Assembly: GCF_003790525.1 (NCBI RefSeq)
Contig: NZ_CP033636.1
Length of the DNA: 64,000 bases
Source of the DNA: Escherichia coli
Lineage (GTDB): Bacteria > Pseudomonadota > Gammaproteobacteria > Enterobacterales > Enterobacteriaceae
Direction: 5' to 3' (one strand)
Shown one piece after another: positions 33,113 through 43,479 of this stretch (the stretch's first letter is position 1; each line of letters begins with the position of its first letter). Position numbers and translations under genes: made by a program. The notes under the pieces are model-generated. The model had not been told where the DNA came from. It worked only from the letters and a program-made list of their open reading frames with translations, and did not search any database.

Positions 33113-33586
33113 TACTATGTGGCAGCATAAATCTTGTTAGCGATACAACTTTATTGTCTCATCGCTCCTCTTTGCAACCAGCTACATACGATCATAAGTG
33201 ACACAACATTAATATGAAGCGACATTCACCAAATTAACCTTCGTCATTTCAGATAGTTAGCTTACTTGCATGTCCTCATCCCATGAAGGGGAGGGCCTAC
33301 CCCTGGCATCGAGCAAAACTGACCACCCTGCCCTTATTAAGACCCCACATGCGGCAATGGTGCCCTGTCCACGCCGCCCGCGATTTTTGAGGAAATGGGA
33401 AGAAAATAAAAAGAAAACAAAAAGTTATCGGCTGAAGTATCGGCGCAGATCGGGAATCAGGCGAAGCCTGACAGCACGTTGGGGCCTGGCAGGGGGCTTG
33501 AGGGATGAGGACATGCAACTCTGATAGCCTTCCCGCCACGGGGTCGGTTAAATTCGTATCCGGCCGGTGCAATTCCAACGGCCGCG

Positions 33587-34018
33587 TTACCAGTTCGCCG
33601 GGTAGCATGGCCAGCAAAGCCAGGCATCGAGCACCCGGGTTTCACTAACGGCCGCTGCATAGACGCCGGTATCCGGAAAGAAATAAACCGGGGTGGCGTT
33701 GTTCAGCTGGTCGCCTTCATCGGCCAGAGCGCCGATCACCTCATGAGGCTTCAGCAGCATATCCGTTAAATATTCATCCGGGTGGATGGCATTCAGCGAT
33801 ATGGCCATCTCCAGAAATTCATCCAGTGTGTGGCGGGTACGATACCCCCGGAAAACCTCGTATGAAGGCGTGACGCATTCACCATCCAGGGAACAGGCAT
33901 CGTACCCGGCCAGCTGCTCTTCGGTGAGTCCGGAGGCATGCTTTGCCACAAGATTCGTAAACTGCTCTTTATCGTCCATCACAATCCTTACTCTGTAGGG
34001 GCCTGTTTGTGTTATCAC
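33587..34018 (-). CDS. hypothetical protein
   Basis: 143-aa ORF; no recognised family. Confidence 0.3.
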   Translation of the reverse strand: MITQTGPYRVRIVMDDKEQFTNLVAKHASGLTEEQLAGYDACSLDGECVTPSYEVFRGYRTRHTLDEFLEMAISLNAIHPDEYLTDMLLKPHEVIGALADEGDQLNNATPVYFFPDTGVYAAAVSETRVLDAWLCWPCYPANW

Positions 34019-34321
34019 TGCTTCCGGATTTTACATCGCACAACCCGGCAGGTATCCGGTCGCCCGGGCGTCCTTTGCGGTCATGTTAGCCTTTGGCCTG
34101 TATTACGACGAATCCCTTTCACTACACGGGCTCGCAGGGTGACACCTCCCCTTTTCACCGGAAGCGAAAGAGGAAGAACAGTTTAACAGCCCGGATCCTC
34201 AATAATTTTTGCATAACGGACTAAATGACCGGTTTATGCAGCCCCTGTTACTTACTGTCGCGGTAAGGATAAAACCCTGGTTATGAAACAGAGTTTGTAT
34301 CGACGTTTAGGTTTTGGTTGA

Positions 34322-34693
34322 ATGAGTAACTCTAAGCAACCGGAATATGACATGGCCAAAGTACAAGGGCTCTTTGTTGGATACCGAAAATTTGCTGTTG
34401 ATCGCGAGTGGCTTCGGCAGCAGGAAGAACAACGTTATCGGGATCGCCAGCGACAATTTGATGAATGGTCCAGAAAATGGGTCACTGTAACTAGGCTAAA
34501 AGAGACTCGTTTATGGACTGACGGAGCCATCAGGCGATGGCTGGGTGAACCTCAGCAACAGGGTAAATATAAAGTTTTCCCCGTTGAAGCGGTTTTGGCT
34601 GCTGAGAAGTTGAATGAGTTTCAGCTCTGGCTTAAACCCCGGCTGGAAAAGAAACGTGCCCAGCATCACCACTTTTTAATTCCATTTCTGTAA
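34322..34693 (+). CDS. hypothetical basic protein
   Basis: 123-aa ORF rich in Arg/Gln/Trp; no recognised family. Confidence 0.3.
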   Translation: MSNSKQPEYDMAKVQGLFVGYRKFAVDREWLRQQEEQRYRDRQRQFDEWSRKWVTVTRLKETRLWTDGAIRRWLGEPQQQGKYKVFPVEAVLAAEKLNEFQLWLKPRLEKKRAQHHHFLIPFL

Positions 34694-34784
34694 AGTAGAA
34701 ACAACGACAGTTCCGGCTGCATTCAAGGCTTCGGCATCTGGTCAGAAGTAAAGCGCCATTTTTCATTATAAGGGAGGTTAGATA

Positions 34785-34976
34785 GTGGAAGGTATTGAGA
34801 CACTGAGTTTGCGGCTTGATGAGAACGAAACTATGGCCCTTGCTCAATTTGTTAAACGTCTGAGCTGGAGCGATCTACGTGGTTGTGCTGTGAGTGACGA
34901 AGAAGCCTGGGTAATGAAAAGCGCAGTTGATAAATTACAACAGGCGTTAAGGGAAGAAGGTTATGCGCCTCGATGA
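34785..34976 (+). CDS. hypothetical small acidic protein
   Basis: 63-aa ORF; no recognised family. Confidence 0.25.
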   Translation: MEGIETLSLRLDENETMALAQFVKRLSWSDLRGCAVSDEEAWVMKSAVDKLQQALREEGYAPR

Positions 34977-35025
34977 TGCAGGCTTCGTGTTATTTTCCGA
35001 TGACAAATTTTCTTAAGGACTAAGT

Positions 35026-35307
35026 ATGAGCCAGCACTGGTATGAGGTGAAAAGCAATCAGGGAATTGTTCAGGTGATGTTAGGCTGGGATCCACCTTTG
35101 CAGTGGTTTCATATGTGCATTGATTATGACATTAATGCAGCAGAAGACCCACTCTATACTAATCTGGCTGAACCTGATCCCTACTACGTTACTCCGGAAT
35201 ATCTGCAATTTGTACTTGAACGCTTCGAAATAACGGATATTGTAATAAAGCCCGATACCTCTGGGCTTTACGAAGAATTATTAATGGATCAGCTTTTAGA
35301 CCGATAG
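35026..35307 (+). CDS. hypothetical small acidic protein
   Basis: 93-aa ORF starting 50 bp after the previous small ORF. Confidence 0.3.
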   Translation: MSQHWYEVKSNQGIVQVMLGWDPPLQWFHMCIDYDINAAEDPLYTNLAEPDPYYVTPEYLQFVLERFEITDIVIKPDTSGLYEELLMDQLLDR

Positions 35308-35647
35308 CTAAGCTGCCAGCAACAGACGTGCTGACATAATCGTCACTTAACTGTAATGTCAGATACTTCAGGTACAAATGTCCGGACTCGTTTGAAACCT
35401 ATCCAAAACTGTAAATATATTTTCGTTATAATATAACCTTAATTGAATTGCTTTCTAACAGTTCCCACTCTTCTTTTCTAAGTACATTTTTAATTATTGT
35501 TCCATTGGCAAGCGTCAGCTCATACTCCCTGTCACTATAAATAAGGTTTTTATTTTCGACTCGTCGAAAGCTGGTAATGGCAACCTTTCTTTATCCACCT
35601 AACGAATAATTATCTTTGATTTCTGCGAACATTTAAACTCCCGTATA

Positions 35648-35779
35648 TTAACGTCTTAAAGACAACTGAACCTTCTCGGCCCTTTCTGCGCCCCGACTAA
35701 TGATACTATCGTAGTTGTCGATTTCATCATCAGTTGGTGATTCTTCAGCTATCCATTTCAGGTACTTGATGCGGTCCAT
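35648..35779 (-). CDS. small ORF (43 aa) with strong Shine-Dalgarno, not in the supplied ORF track
   Basis: Translated by hand from the minus strand: MDRIKYLKWIAEESPTDDEIDNYDSIISRGAERAEKVQLSLRR; GGGAGGAG lies just upstream of the ATG. Confidence 0.25.
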   Translation of the reverse strand: MDRIKYLKWIAEESPTDDEIDNYDSIISRGAERAEKVQLSLRR

Positions 35780-35869
35780 ATGCTCCTCCCTGTACGATTT
35801 CCAGTGAACAAAGGCTCTACAGTATTAAGCTGCTGTAGAGCTCCTTTAACCATGCGAAAACTGTGCGTA

Positions 35870-37111
35870 TTACAGGATGCCTAACCTTTTTGTTTCATCG
35901 ATCCACGGTCTGAATTCTTCCAGTAAATTATCATATAACTTTTCATCGCTGATCGAACCGAAATCATCCATGGCAAAGAAGTGGGTGTTATCAACCCGGC
36001 GGTCAGTAAAGTCATCCAGATTTTTGAGGATACCGTAGCTTGAACCACCCAGGCCGACAAACTTCCAGAAGATGGGGTAGTTGGCAGAACGCCGGATTGC
36101 ATCTTTAATCGCCCGGGTCTTGCTGATCCCGCCATCGGTAATAAATACAACATATACCGGGATTTTCGAGTCCTTAAAGTAGTCGACAATTTCTTCCATC
36201 ACAGGGGGCTCATTGTTTGTCCCACCAAGTCCCGGCAGGTTCTCCCAGGCTGAACGCTTTCCAGACCCGCGAATGGACTGAATATATGTGTCCAGGTTGT
36301 CCAGTGTGACGTTTGGATACTTCTTGTGCTTCTCTCCAAATCCCCAGACATCCATTTCACCGTCGTCGTCGAACTGGGCGGCAAGAACGGCGATGCGGTC
36401 CAGCACAGACTGAACGTTGCCCTTACTGAACTGGCCACTCATTGAGCCGGATGCGTCAAGTACAAATGCAACCGCTGCCTCAAGGGTGTCCAGTTTATTT
36501 TTAGTGAGACTGACCGAGGCTTTTTTAGCGAGGCTTACGAGGCGCGGAGATCTGGTTTCAAGTTTCTTTTCCAGACTGATACGAGCAGGCTTTGCTGGCT
36601 GCGGAGCTGGCTGTGCGACATCAACGCCAAAGCTAATGGCCAGAGGCTCAAGACCACCGTTGAAACCCTGCCCGAGCGCACGAAGCTTCCAGGCGCCATT
36701 GTGCCGATATACTTCACCCAGGATGATTGCTTTCTCACTGCGGCCCTGAGTCTCAGCCTGAAAATCAGCGATACCAGGAGCCTGAATGCTCAATAAACTG
36801 AGCCCACTGATAGTATCTTCACCATCAATGACAACGGTGATCGCAATCTTACTGACGTTCGCCGGAACACGATCCAGTGCTATCTCAATGCTGGACTGCT
36901 GAGAACCGGTAACGAGCTTTACTGCCCCTTCAGGAGAAGACAGATTATTATAAAAGATAAAGTCAGAATCGCCGGTTACCTTTCCCTGAGCATTAAGCAG
37001 GAAGAGGCAGGTATCGGGTTCGCCTTTAAAGCCGGATTTGGCAGGGTACTGAAGATTCAGCCTGATCGCAGATTGCTGAAGCGGTATGTTTTGTCCGGAT
37101 TGTAGATTCAC
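35870..37111 (-). CDS. terF: TerF-like protein (N-terminal TerD-type domain plus C-terminal vWA domain)
   Basis: 413-aa translation; N-terminal half resembles TerA/TerD family, C-terminal half has a vWA MIDAS motif (DASGSMSG). Confidence 0.65.
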
Positions 37112-37497
37112 ATTAACTCTCCTGATTTTTGATTATTTTTAAAGCGCAGCGCTTATATATGTTCCCCAGGCTTAGTTCAGGACGCTGGATTTCTGGTGAG
37201 GCGTATATATGGTGTGACACCATATTTCATCACGCTGAAGTTTCTATACCTGTTGAACTGGAATTTTGATTGACCGGGTATCTTATGTTCCAGATCCCGT
37301 TCCTTCATAAACCGCAAAAGTAACATATATCAGAGGGGCATTCTGTTGATAAAAGGCACGGAATACCGGCTTTAACCAGCAACCAGAGATAAATCCGTTT
37401 CCTGCCTTTAAAAGGCTCAGGTCTGAATTAACATGACCTGCTTTCTGAAATTTCCAGTCCCCTTTCTACTACTCCCTCCTGAAAGCGGATCGCAACC

Positions 37498-37522
37498 AAA
37501 AAAAACCCCGGCATTGCCGGGG
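37498..37522 (-). terminator. intrinsic terminator immediately downstream of terE
   Basis: On the minus strand: CCCCGGCAATGCCGGGG hairpin followed by eight T; begins 18 bp after the terE stop. Confidence 0.75.
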
Positions 37523-37539
37523 TATGATTCAGCGTTGTT

Positions 37540-38115
37540 TTAGATGTTAACGCCGTGCTGGGAGGCAAGAGCCGCCAGGCCACCGGCAAAGCCCTGACCG
37601 ACAGCTTTAAACTTCCACTCAGCGCCATGACGATACAGTTCACCGAAGACCATAGCGGTTTCGGTTGAGGCATCTTCAGACAGATCGAAACGGGCAATTT
37701 CCGTGCCGTTGTCGTTGTTGTAAACGCGTATGAAGCTGTTGCTCACCATGCCGAAGTTTTGTTTACGCGCTTCTGCATCATAGATGGTAACGGCAAACAC
37801 CAGTTTTTTGATATCTGCTGAGACTTTGGTCAGATCGATTTTGACCTGCTCATCGTCACCGTCGCCTTCACCGGTACGGTTGTCGCCCTGGTGCTCTACC
37901 GCGCCATCAGGGCTGGTTTTGTTATTGAAGAAAATGAAATGCGCATCTGACAGCACTTTACCGTCTTCGCCTACTGCGAACACGGAAGCGTCCAGGTCAA
38001 AAGCCTGACCGTCAGTTACACGGGCATCCCAGCCGAGGCCAACCATAGCGATATTCATGGTTGGTGCTTCTTTGGTCAGAGATACGTTGCCGCCTTTTAC
38101 GAGAGAAACTGCCAT
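37540..38115 (-). CDS. terE: tellurium resistance protein TerE (TerD family)
   Basis: 191-aa translation from [19 protein letters not shown]...; the ORF track extends 68 codons further upstream. Confidence 0.85.
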   Translation of the reverse strand: MAVSLVKGGNVSLTKEAPTMNIAMVGLGWDARVTDGQAFDLDASVFAVGEDGKVLSDAHFIFFNNKTSPDGAVEHQGDNRTGEGDGDDEQVKIDLTKVSADIKKLVFAVTIYDAEARKQNFGMVSNSFIRVYNNDNGTEIARFDLSEDASTETAMVFGELYRHGAEWKFKAVGQGFAGGLAALASQHGVNI

Positions 38116-38182
38116 TTTTAGCTCCTGCAAACAGTTGAATGAGGGCTGCATTAACAGCCCCGGGTGAAAAGTTACTTTTCGA

Positions 38183-38761
38183 TCAGGACGCGTTAATGCC
38201 GTACTGAGCACATACAGATGCCAGACCACCAGCATAACCCTGGCCCACTGCGCGGAATTTCCACTCACCATTGTGGCGATACAGCTCGCCGAACAGCATG
38301 GCAGTCTCAGTGGACGCATCTTCGGTCAGATCGTAGCGAGCGACTTCAGTCTGGTTATCGTCATTGACCAGGCGAATAAACGCACCGGATACCTGACCAA
38401 AGCTCTGGCGACGAGCCTGAGCATCATGGATAGTGACAACGAAGATGATCTTGTCAACATCAGACGGGACGGCGTCCAGTTTAATTTTCAGCGATTCATC
38501 ATCACCATCACCTTCACCGGTACGGTTATCACCGGTATGGGTTACGGAACCGTCAGATGACGTCAGGTTGTTATAGAAGATGAAATCTGAATCGCCGCGC
38601 ACTTTGCCGTTTGAGGCCAGCAGGAACGCTGAAGCATCCAGGTCAAAGTCCTGACCGTCTGTTGAACGCGCATCCCAGCCAAGGCCCACCAGGACGTTTT
38701 TCATTGACGGAGCTGCTTTACTCAGGGAGACGTTCCCGCCTTTGGAAAGAGAAACACTCAT
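38183..38761 (-). CDS. terD: tellurium resistance protein TerD
   Basis: 192-aa translation [47 protein letters not shown]... with the [13 protein letters not shown] motif. Confidence 0.9.
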   Translation of the reverse strand: MSVSLSKGGNVSLSKAAPSMKNVLVGLGWDARSTDGQDFDLDASAFLLASNGKVRGDSDFIFYNNLTSSDGSVTHTGDNRTGEGDGDDESLKIKLDAVPSDVDKIIFVVTIHDAQARRQSFGQVSGAFIRLVNDDNQTEVARYDLTEDASTETAMLFGELYRHNGEWKFRAVGQGYAGGLASVCAQYGINAS

Positions 38762-38809
38762 AAAATAACCTCTTCGATTAGTAATTGTTCAGGTTAACAC
38801 TTAAGGGGA

Positions 38810-39850
38810 TTAACTCCCCTTTTCCTCAGATTCAGGTTTGCCCGGGAACATGACGCTTGCGAGAATGCCCAGCGCCAGTACACCCAGTACAACATACAGG
38901 CTGGTTGTTGCCGCGATGCTGTAACCATGATGCCAGATGTGATCGGTCGCATTCAGGCCGAGTTTTGCCGCGATGAAGAACAGCAGCACGATAACGGCCT
39001 TCTCCAGATGAACCAGGTACTGTTTCAGTGCCTCAAGGACAAAGTACAGAGTACGCAGGCCCAGGATAGCAAACATCATGGCACTATAGACGATAAGCGG
39101 TTCACGACTGACGGCAATGATTGCCGGTACCGAGTCAAACGCGAACATTACGTCCGAGAGTTCAACCACAGCTACACACAGGAACAGCGGGGTCGCATAC
39201 AGCGCCGCTTTTTTACCACGGCCAATGGTGACATCGCTGTTTTCTGGTTTCGCCAGTTCAGCATCCACTTCCTTCTGGTTAAGCAGGAAGGCATGCCCTC
39301 TGAGCTTCGGCCAGATAGGGAAGAAGCGTTTAACCATGCGGTAAGCCAGATGCTGGGAGTAATCCTCAATTTCATCATCGTCATCACCGCTTTTAAGCAT
39401 CATGACCGCTGTCCAGGCAACGATAATAGCGAAGACAACTTCAACGTACGGCCCCAGACTCAGCAGGCTCGTACCGATGGCGACAAAGATGCCCCTGAAG
39501 ACAATGGCACCAATGATCCCCCAGTAGAGAACACGGTGGCGATAACGATCCGGAACGGCGAACCAGGAGAAGATGGCCATCATGACGAACAGGTTATCGA
39601 CCGACAGCACTTTCTCCAGCGCATAACCCGTGACAAACAGACTGGCAACCTCAGCACCGTGGTGGATATAGAGGAAACCGGCAAATGCCATCGCAACCAC
39701 AACCCAGAATACGGACCAGAGCGCCGCACTCTTCAGCGAGATAGGCTTGTCATCACGGTGCATAAACAGGTCAATAAAGATGGCACCGACTGAAAGCGCA
39801 ATAAAAACAATGACCGTTTCAGTCGGGAAGCCGATGTGTGTGGAAACCAT
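38810..39850 (-). CDS. terC: tellurium resistance integral membrane protein TerC
   Basis: 346-aa polytopic membrane protein in the expected operon position. Confidence 0.88.
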   Translation of the reverse strand: MVSTHIGFPTETVIVFIALSVGAIFIDLFMHRDDKPISLKSAALWSVFWVVVAMAFAGFLYIHHGAEVASLFVTGYALEKVLSVDNLFVMMAIFSWFAVPDRYRHRVLYWGIIGAIVFRGIFVAIGTSLLSLGPYVEVVFAIIVAWTAVMMLKSGDDDDEIEDYSQHLAYRMVKRFFPIWPKLRGHAFLLNQKEVDAELAKPENSDVTIGRGKKAALYATPLFLCVAVVELSDVMFAFDSVPAIIAVSREPLIVYSAMMFAILGLRTLYFVLEALKQYLVHLEKAVIVLLFFIAAKLGLNATDHIWHHGYSIAATTSLYVVLGVLALGILASVMFPGKPESEEKGS

Positions 39851-39872
39851 ATTTTACCCTTAGGGATGTGGA

Positions 39873-40328
39873 TCAGAGGCCAAATTCAGCCGGGTCGAAG
39901 CCCAACGCGATAGCGATCTCGCGGGAGGCCAGTTTCTCGTCCTGATCGAAGTTACCGTCACTTTTCGCAACGGCAATACCAACACGTAAGGCCAGCTGAG
40001 CGGCCTCAGGCTGATCTTTCAGCGCCAGGATGTATTTCATGGTTTCGCCCTTGCCGATTTCAACATCGAAATCGAAGCTTGAAACCAGTTTATTGAAGAA
40101 CTCAATCACCTCATTGGTATCGAAGACCTTCAGCTCTTCTGAAGAGCGCAGAAAGCCCATCATTTTCTGCTTTTCTTCCGAACTTACGCCGTCACTCGAT
40201 ACGGCAATACGGGCACATACAGCAACGGTGCCCTGCATGAATTTTTTGTTTTTGAAACGGCCAACCTGGCGGGTCAGTTCGTCACGGCCTGAGTTAATGG
40301 CACCTTTAACTTTGTCGAAAAAGCTCAT
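39873..40328 (-). CDS. terB: tellurium resistance protein TerB
   Basis: 151-aa translation from MSFFDKVKGAINSGRDELTRQVGRFKNKKF...; the ORF track extends 20 codons upstream. Confidence 0.85.
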   Translation of the reverse strand: MSFFDKVKGAINSGRDELTRQVGRFKNKKFMQGTVAVCARIAVSSDGVSSEEKQKMMGFLRSSEELKVFDTNEVIEFFNKLVSSFDFDVEIGKGETMKYILALKDQPEAAQLALRVGIAVAKSDGNFDQDEKLASREIAIALGFDPAEFGL

Positions 40329-40350
40329 ACCTGTTTCCTTTGTTGCTGTG

Positions 40351-41508
40351 TTATTTAGAACCGGCGCTCCAGCGAAATCCCCAGCCAAATGCCCGGTCCA
40401 TTTCGTCCTGGCCTTTGAAGTACTGGTTAATTCGCTCGACTTTAATTGCGCCGTTTTCGTTTACGAGTCTGGCAATGGCGCACAATGTGCGACGGTTTTC
40501 ACCTTCGGTCAGGCGGGTCTCAATGGGCGGTTGATCCGGCACATGAATGGTGACCACACCATCAGTCTTGTCCCAGCTGGGAACACCTTCATAAATAAAG
40601 GCGTAAATCAGCACTTCGCGGATATGCTTCCATTCACGTCCATTGATATGCAGCCACTCGCCGTCTGATACATCACCCGTACGGTCATCGCCCTTGAGCT
40701 GAACATACGGTTCATCCCGATAATTACCGAATGCATTACCGAGCGCCTGAATGACCGATTTATACCCGTCCTGAAGCTCAACAAAGGCCCCCAGATCCAG
40801 GTCGATTCCTTTGGAGCCGAACATGCCTGCAAAGCCTGATTTGCCGCTGCCCCGGTGCCAGTTCAGGTTGATCCGGATTTCACCGAAGTTATCCCGTTTG
40901 GTCAGGCTGATTGCAGGCTTCTCTTTTGTCAGCGATACCTTGCTCAGGCTGATTTTTGTCTCAACTGGCGGAGGGGTTACAACCGGAGGAGTCGGGGCTG
41001 CGGGAGCCGGTTCGTCGGCAATATTTACGCCGAAATGCTCTGCCAGCGGTTTAAGTCCACCGTTGAACCCCTGCGCAACGAAGCGGAATTTCCAGTCATT
41101 ATTACGACGGTAAAATTCACCCAGAATTAAGGCTGCTTCCTGACGGCCGCTCAGTTCGACACTGCCGCTAACCAGGCCGGTAGCCCCTTGCTCCACGTCG
41201 ATGGAAAGATTACGAAGACCGGACACCGTCTGCCCACCGTCACAGGTCACGGTGAACGCAATTTTCTGGACATCAGGTTTCAGCCGGTTGAGCGCGACAG
41301 TAAAGGTTGAGTACTGGCCTTCACTGACCAGGCTGACGGTACCATCATCGTTACGTGGCTGACCATAAAACACCATGTCCGCATCACCCTGCACCTTCCC
41401 GTCGGCATACAGGCGAAACGCCGAAGCATCCACCTGGCCGCCCGAGGTGATCCGGACCCGCAACTCCTGGGCTGGAACGGGGGCATTGCCCCCCGGCGTC
41501 AGGTTCAT
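40351..41508 (-). CDS. terA: tellurium resistance protein TerA (tandem TerD-like domains)
   Basis: 385-aa translation with two TerD-like halves; operon position. Confidence 0.85.
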   Translation of the reverse strand: MNLTPGGNAPVPAQELRVRITSGGQVDASAFRLYADGKVQGDADMVFYGQPRNDDGTVSLVSEGQYSTFTVALNRLKPDVQKIAFTVTCDGGQTVSGLRNLSIDVEQGATGLVSGSVELSGRQEAALILGEFYRRNNDWKFRFVAQGFNGGLKPLAEHFGVNIADEPAPAAPTPPVVTPPPVETKISLSKVSLTKEKPAISLTKRDNFGEIRINLNWHRGSGKSGFAGMFGSKGIDLDLGAFVELQDGYKSVIQALGNAFGNYRDEPYVQLKGDDRTGDVSDGEWLHINGREWKHIREVLIYAFIYEGVPSWDKTDGVVTIHVPDQPPIETRLTEGENRRTLCAIARLVNENGAIKVERINQYFKGQDEMDRAFGWGFRWSAGSK

Positions 41509-42089
41509 TAGCGAATAACCGCTGAAACGATATCGGAGTGCATATCGTCAATTGTGCGGCCGCGACAGGCATGGCCAAGGGCGGTAAAGTCCCAGTTGCC
41601 GTTATTACGGCGCAGCGAAGAAATAACGATCCCGGTATGTGAGCCCTGCTCAGTCAGCTTGTAGCGAGCCAGCTCTTTGCCGGTTTGATCGACAACGCGG
41701 CAGAACGCGTTTTCGACGTCATTGAACGACTGACCACGGAAGCTGTTTACCGTAAACGCCAGGTATTCAACGTTTGCAGGCAGTCGGGAGAGGTTGACCT
41801 TAATCACCTCATCGTCACCGTCACCCTCACCGGTCAGGTTATCGCCACTGTGCACAACAGCGCCGCAGGTGGATTCCAGTTTGCGGAACCAGATGGTGTC
41901 AATTGTTTTACCGGTGCTGTCCATTAATACGCAGCCAGCATCGAGATCGATTGAGTCGTTGCCTCCAAACAATCCTCCAAGAAGACCTTTTTTCTTAACC
42001 GGATCCCAACCGAGACCGAAATGAAGCTGGCTTAATGCAGATGATTCTTTGCTGAGTGATACCGTCTGGTTCTTAACTAATGAAACCAT
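41508..42089 (-). CDS. terZ: tellurium resistance protein TerZ (TerD family)
   Basis: 193-aa translation MVSLVKNQTVSLSKESSALSQLHFGLGWDP...; first gene of the operon. Confidence 0.85.
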   Translation of the reverse strand: MVSLVKNQTVSLSKESSALSQLHFGLGWDPVKKKGLLGGLFGGNDSIDLDAGCVLMDSTGKTIDTIWFRKLESTCGAVVHSGDNLTGEGDGDDEVIKVNLSRLPANVEYLAFTVNSFRGQSFNDVENAFCRVVDQTGKELARYKLTEQGSHTGIVISSLRRNNGNWDFTALGHACRGRTIDDMHSDIVSAVIR

Positions 42090-42411
42090 GTTTTATTCCT
42101 TAAAATGGTAATGACCGAGACAATCAAAGGTATATTTAGTAACTGACGAAGAAAATCATATCATGATGAAGTTCTCTGACAAGGGAAATTTTGGTAGTTT
42201 TCTTCAAAAACACAAAAATAAATCCTTTTCATGGTGTTCATTTTTCTATTTTTAATTTAAATATCAATACGTTATAAGGTACTAAAAAAACACTGACGCA
42301 CTCCATAACCACTGAAGTTATTAATCATATTATGATTGACATGTAGCGTAGACACTCATAGACTCACTTCTCAATCATAAATTTGCATGGCGTTCCGGAT
42401 AATTAAAAAAA
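42090..42411. promoter_or_regulatory. AT-rich divergent promoter region between terZ and the ter-linked operon
   Basis: 322-bp AT-rich intergenic region between divergently oriented gene sets; promoters not mapped. Confidence 0.5.
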
Positions 42412-43470
42412 ATGAACAAGAAAATTTGGTTTATGGAAGGTTTGTCCTCCCAGCGAGATATTATTCAGGGGGTAAAATCATTTGCACAAAAAAATAATTT
42501 TGCTATTACCGTATTTGCCTCCCACCGTAACGAAAGACATGAAATTCTTTCCGTTGCCGATTATTCTTTGACTGAACCTGAAGATCCTCAAAAACGTCTT
42601 CAGTTTATTCAGGAAACCATTCAGACCTACGGCATCCACCATATTCATACTGGCCGTAACAGCCAGTGGTTTGAAGAACACCGTTCAGCCATTGAATCGA
42701 CCGGAGCCACCCTTACTACCGGTGCAACAGGCGTCGACTGGTTAACTCTGGCTGACGAAAAAGTTACTTTTGCTCAGTTTATGGAGCAAAACGGGCTCCC
42801 GGTCGTACCGTCCTGGCGGGTGAATACGCTGGCAGAATTAAAGACGCACCTCGCGGCCCCGCCGTTCTCGGACAGCCCGGTATGCGTGAAGCCGGTGACG
42901 GGTATCTATGGCATGGGATTCTGGCGCTTTGATGACAGTGCTTCGCCCATGGCCGTCTTTAATCATCCCGAACATCGTCTGGTCAGTCCGCAACAGTATA
43001 TTGCAGCAGCATCGGCTTCTGAGTCGTTTAAACCCCTTGTTTTGATGCCGTACCTGCCAGGCCCGGAATTTTCCGTCGATATCCTCGCGGATAAGGGCGA
43101 AATACTCGCAGCCGTGGGACGCCGTAAGGAAGGGGCTATCCAGTATCTGGTAAACGAAGGAAGCGCCTGGGAACTGGCTTGTGACTGCGCCCGGGTTATG
43201 AAGGCCGACGGGCTGGTGAATGTTCAGACGCGAAACGATGTGAATGGCAACCCGGTGCTGCTTGAAACCAACATGCGTCCGTCAGGCGGGGTGGGTTATA
43301 CCCTTCACAGCGGGGTGAACCTTCCCGGGTTGTTTGCTGCCTTTAAGCTCGGTCTGATGTCTGAAGATGCGGTGATCCAGAGCGCCAGAAATACCTTTTC
43401 TCCGGTTGCAGTGAGATCCATCACAGATGTCATCGTTTACCCGGAATCACTCTCTAACCATCTGAATTAA
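42412..43470 (+). CDS. ATP-grasp family enzyme (ter-linked)
   Basis: 352-aa ORF; ATP-grasp assignment from sequence pattern and from the published ter gene-neighbourhood analysis as recalled; not verified by search. Confidence 0.55.
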   Translation: MNKKIWFMEGLSSQRDIIQGVKSFAQKNNFAITVFASHRNERHEILSVADYSLTEPEDPQKRLQFIQETIQTYGIHHIHTGRNSQWFEEHRSAIESTGATLTTGATGVDWLTLADEKVTFAQFMEQNGLPVVPSWRVNTLAELKTHLAAPPFSDSPVCVKPVTGIYGMGFWRFDDSASPMAVFNHPEHRLVSPQQYIAAASASESFKPLVLMPYLPGPEFSVDILADKGEILAAVGRRKEGAIQYLVNEGSAWELACDCARVMKADGLVNVQTRNDVNGNPVLLETNMRPSGGVGYTLHSGVNLPGLFAAFKLGLMSEDAVIQSARNTFSPVAVRSITDVIVYPESLSNHLN

Positions 43471-43479
43471 GGCGTGTTT

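Noticed and set aside
35811-35842. Hairpin GCTCTACAG-N10-CTGTAGAGC downstream of terF as a terminator
   Set aside because: Stem is present but there is no clear T-run after it on the transcribed strand; too weak to call.
35881-36749. ORFs overlapping terF on both strands (35881-36189, 36199-36438, 36417-36749)
   Set aside because: Alternative frames of the terF region; the 413-aa frame has clear TerD/vWA features.
38927-39793. 288-aa plus-strand ORF antisense to terC
   Set aside because: Lies entirely within terC on the opposite strand; translation is low-complexity; terC assignment is strong.
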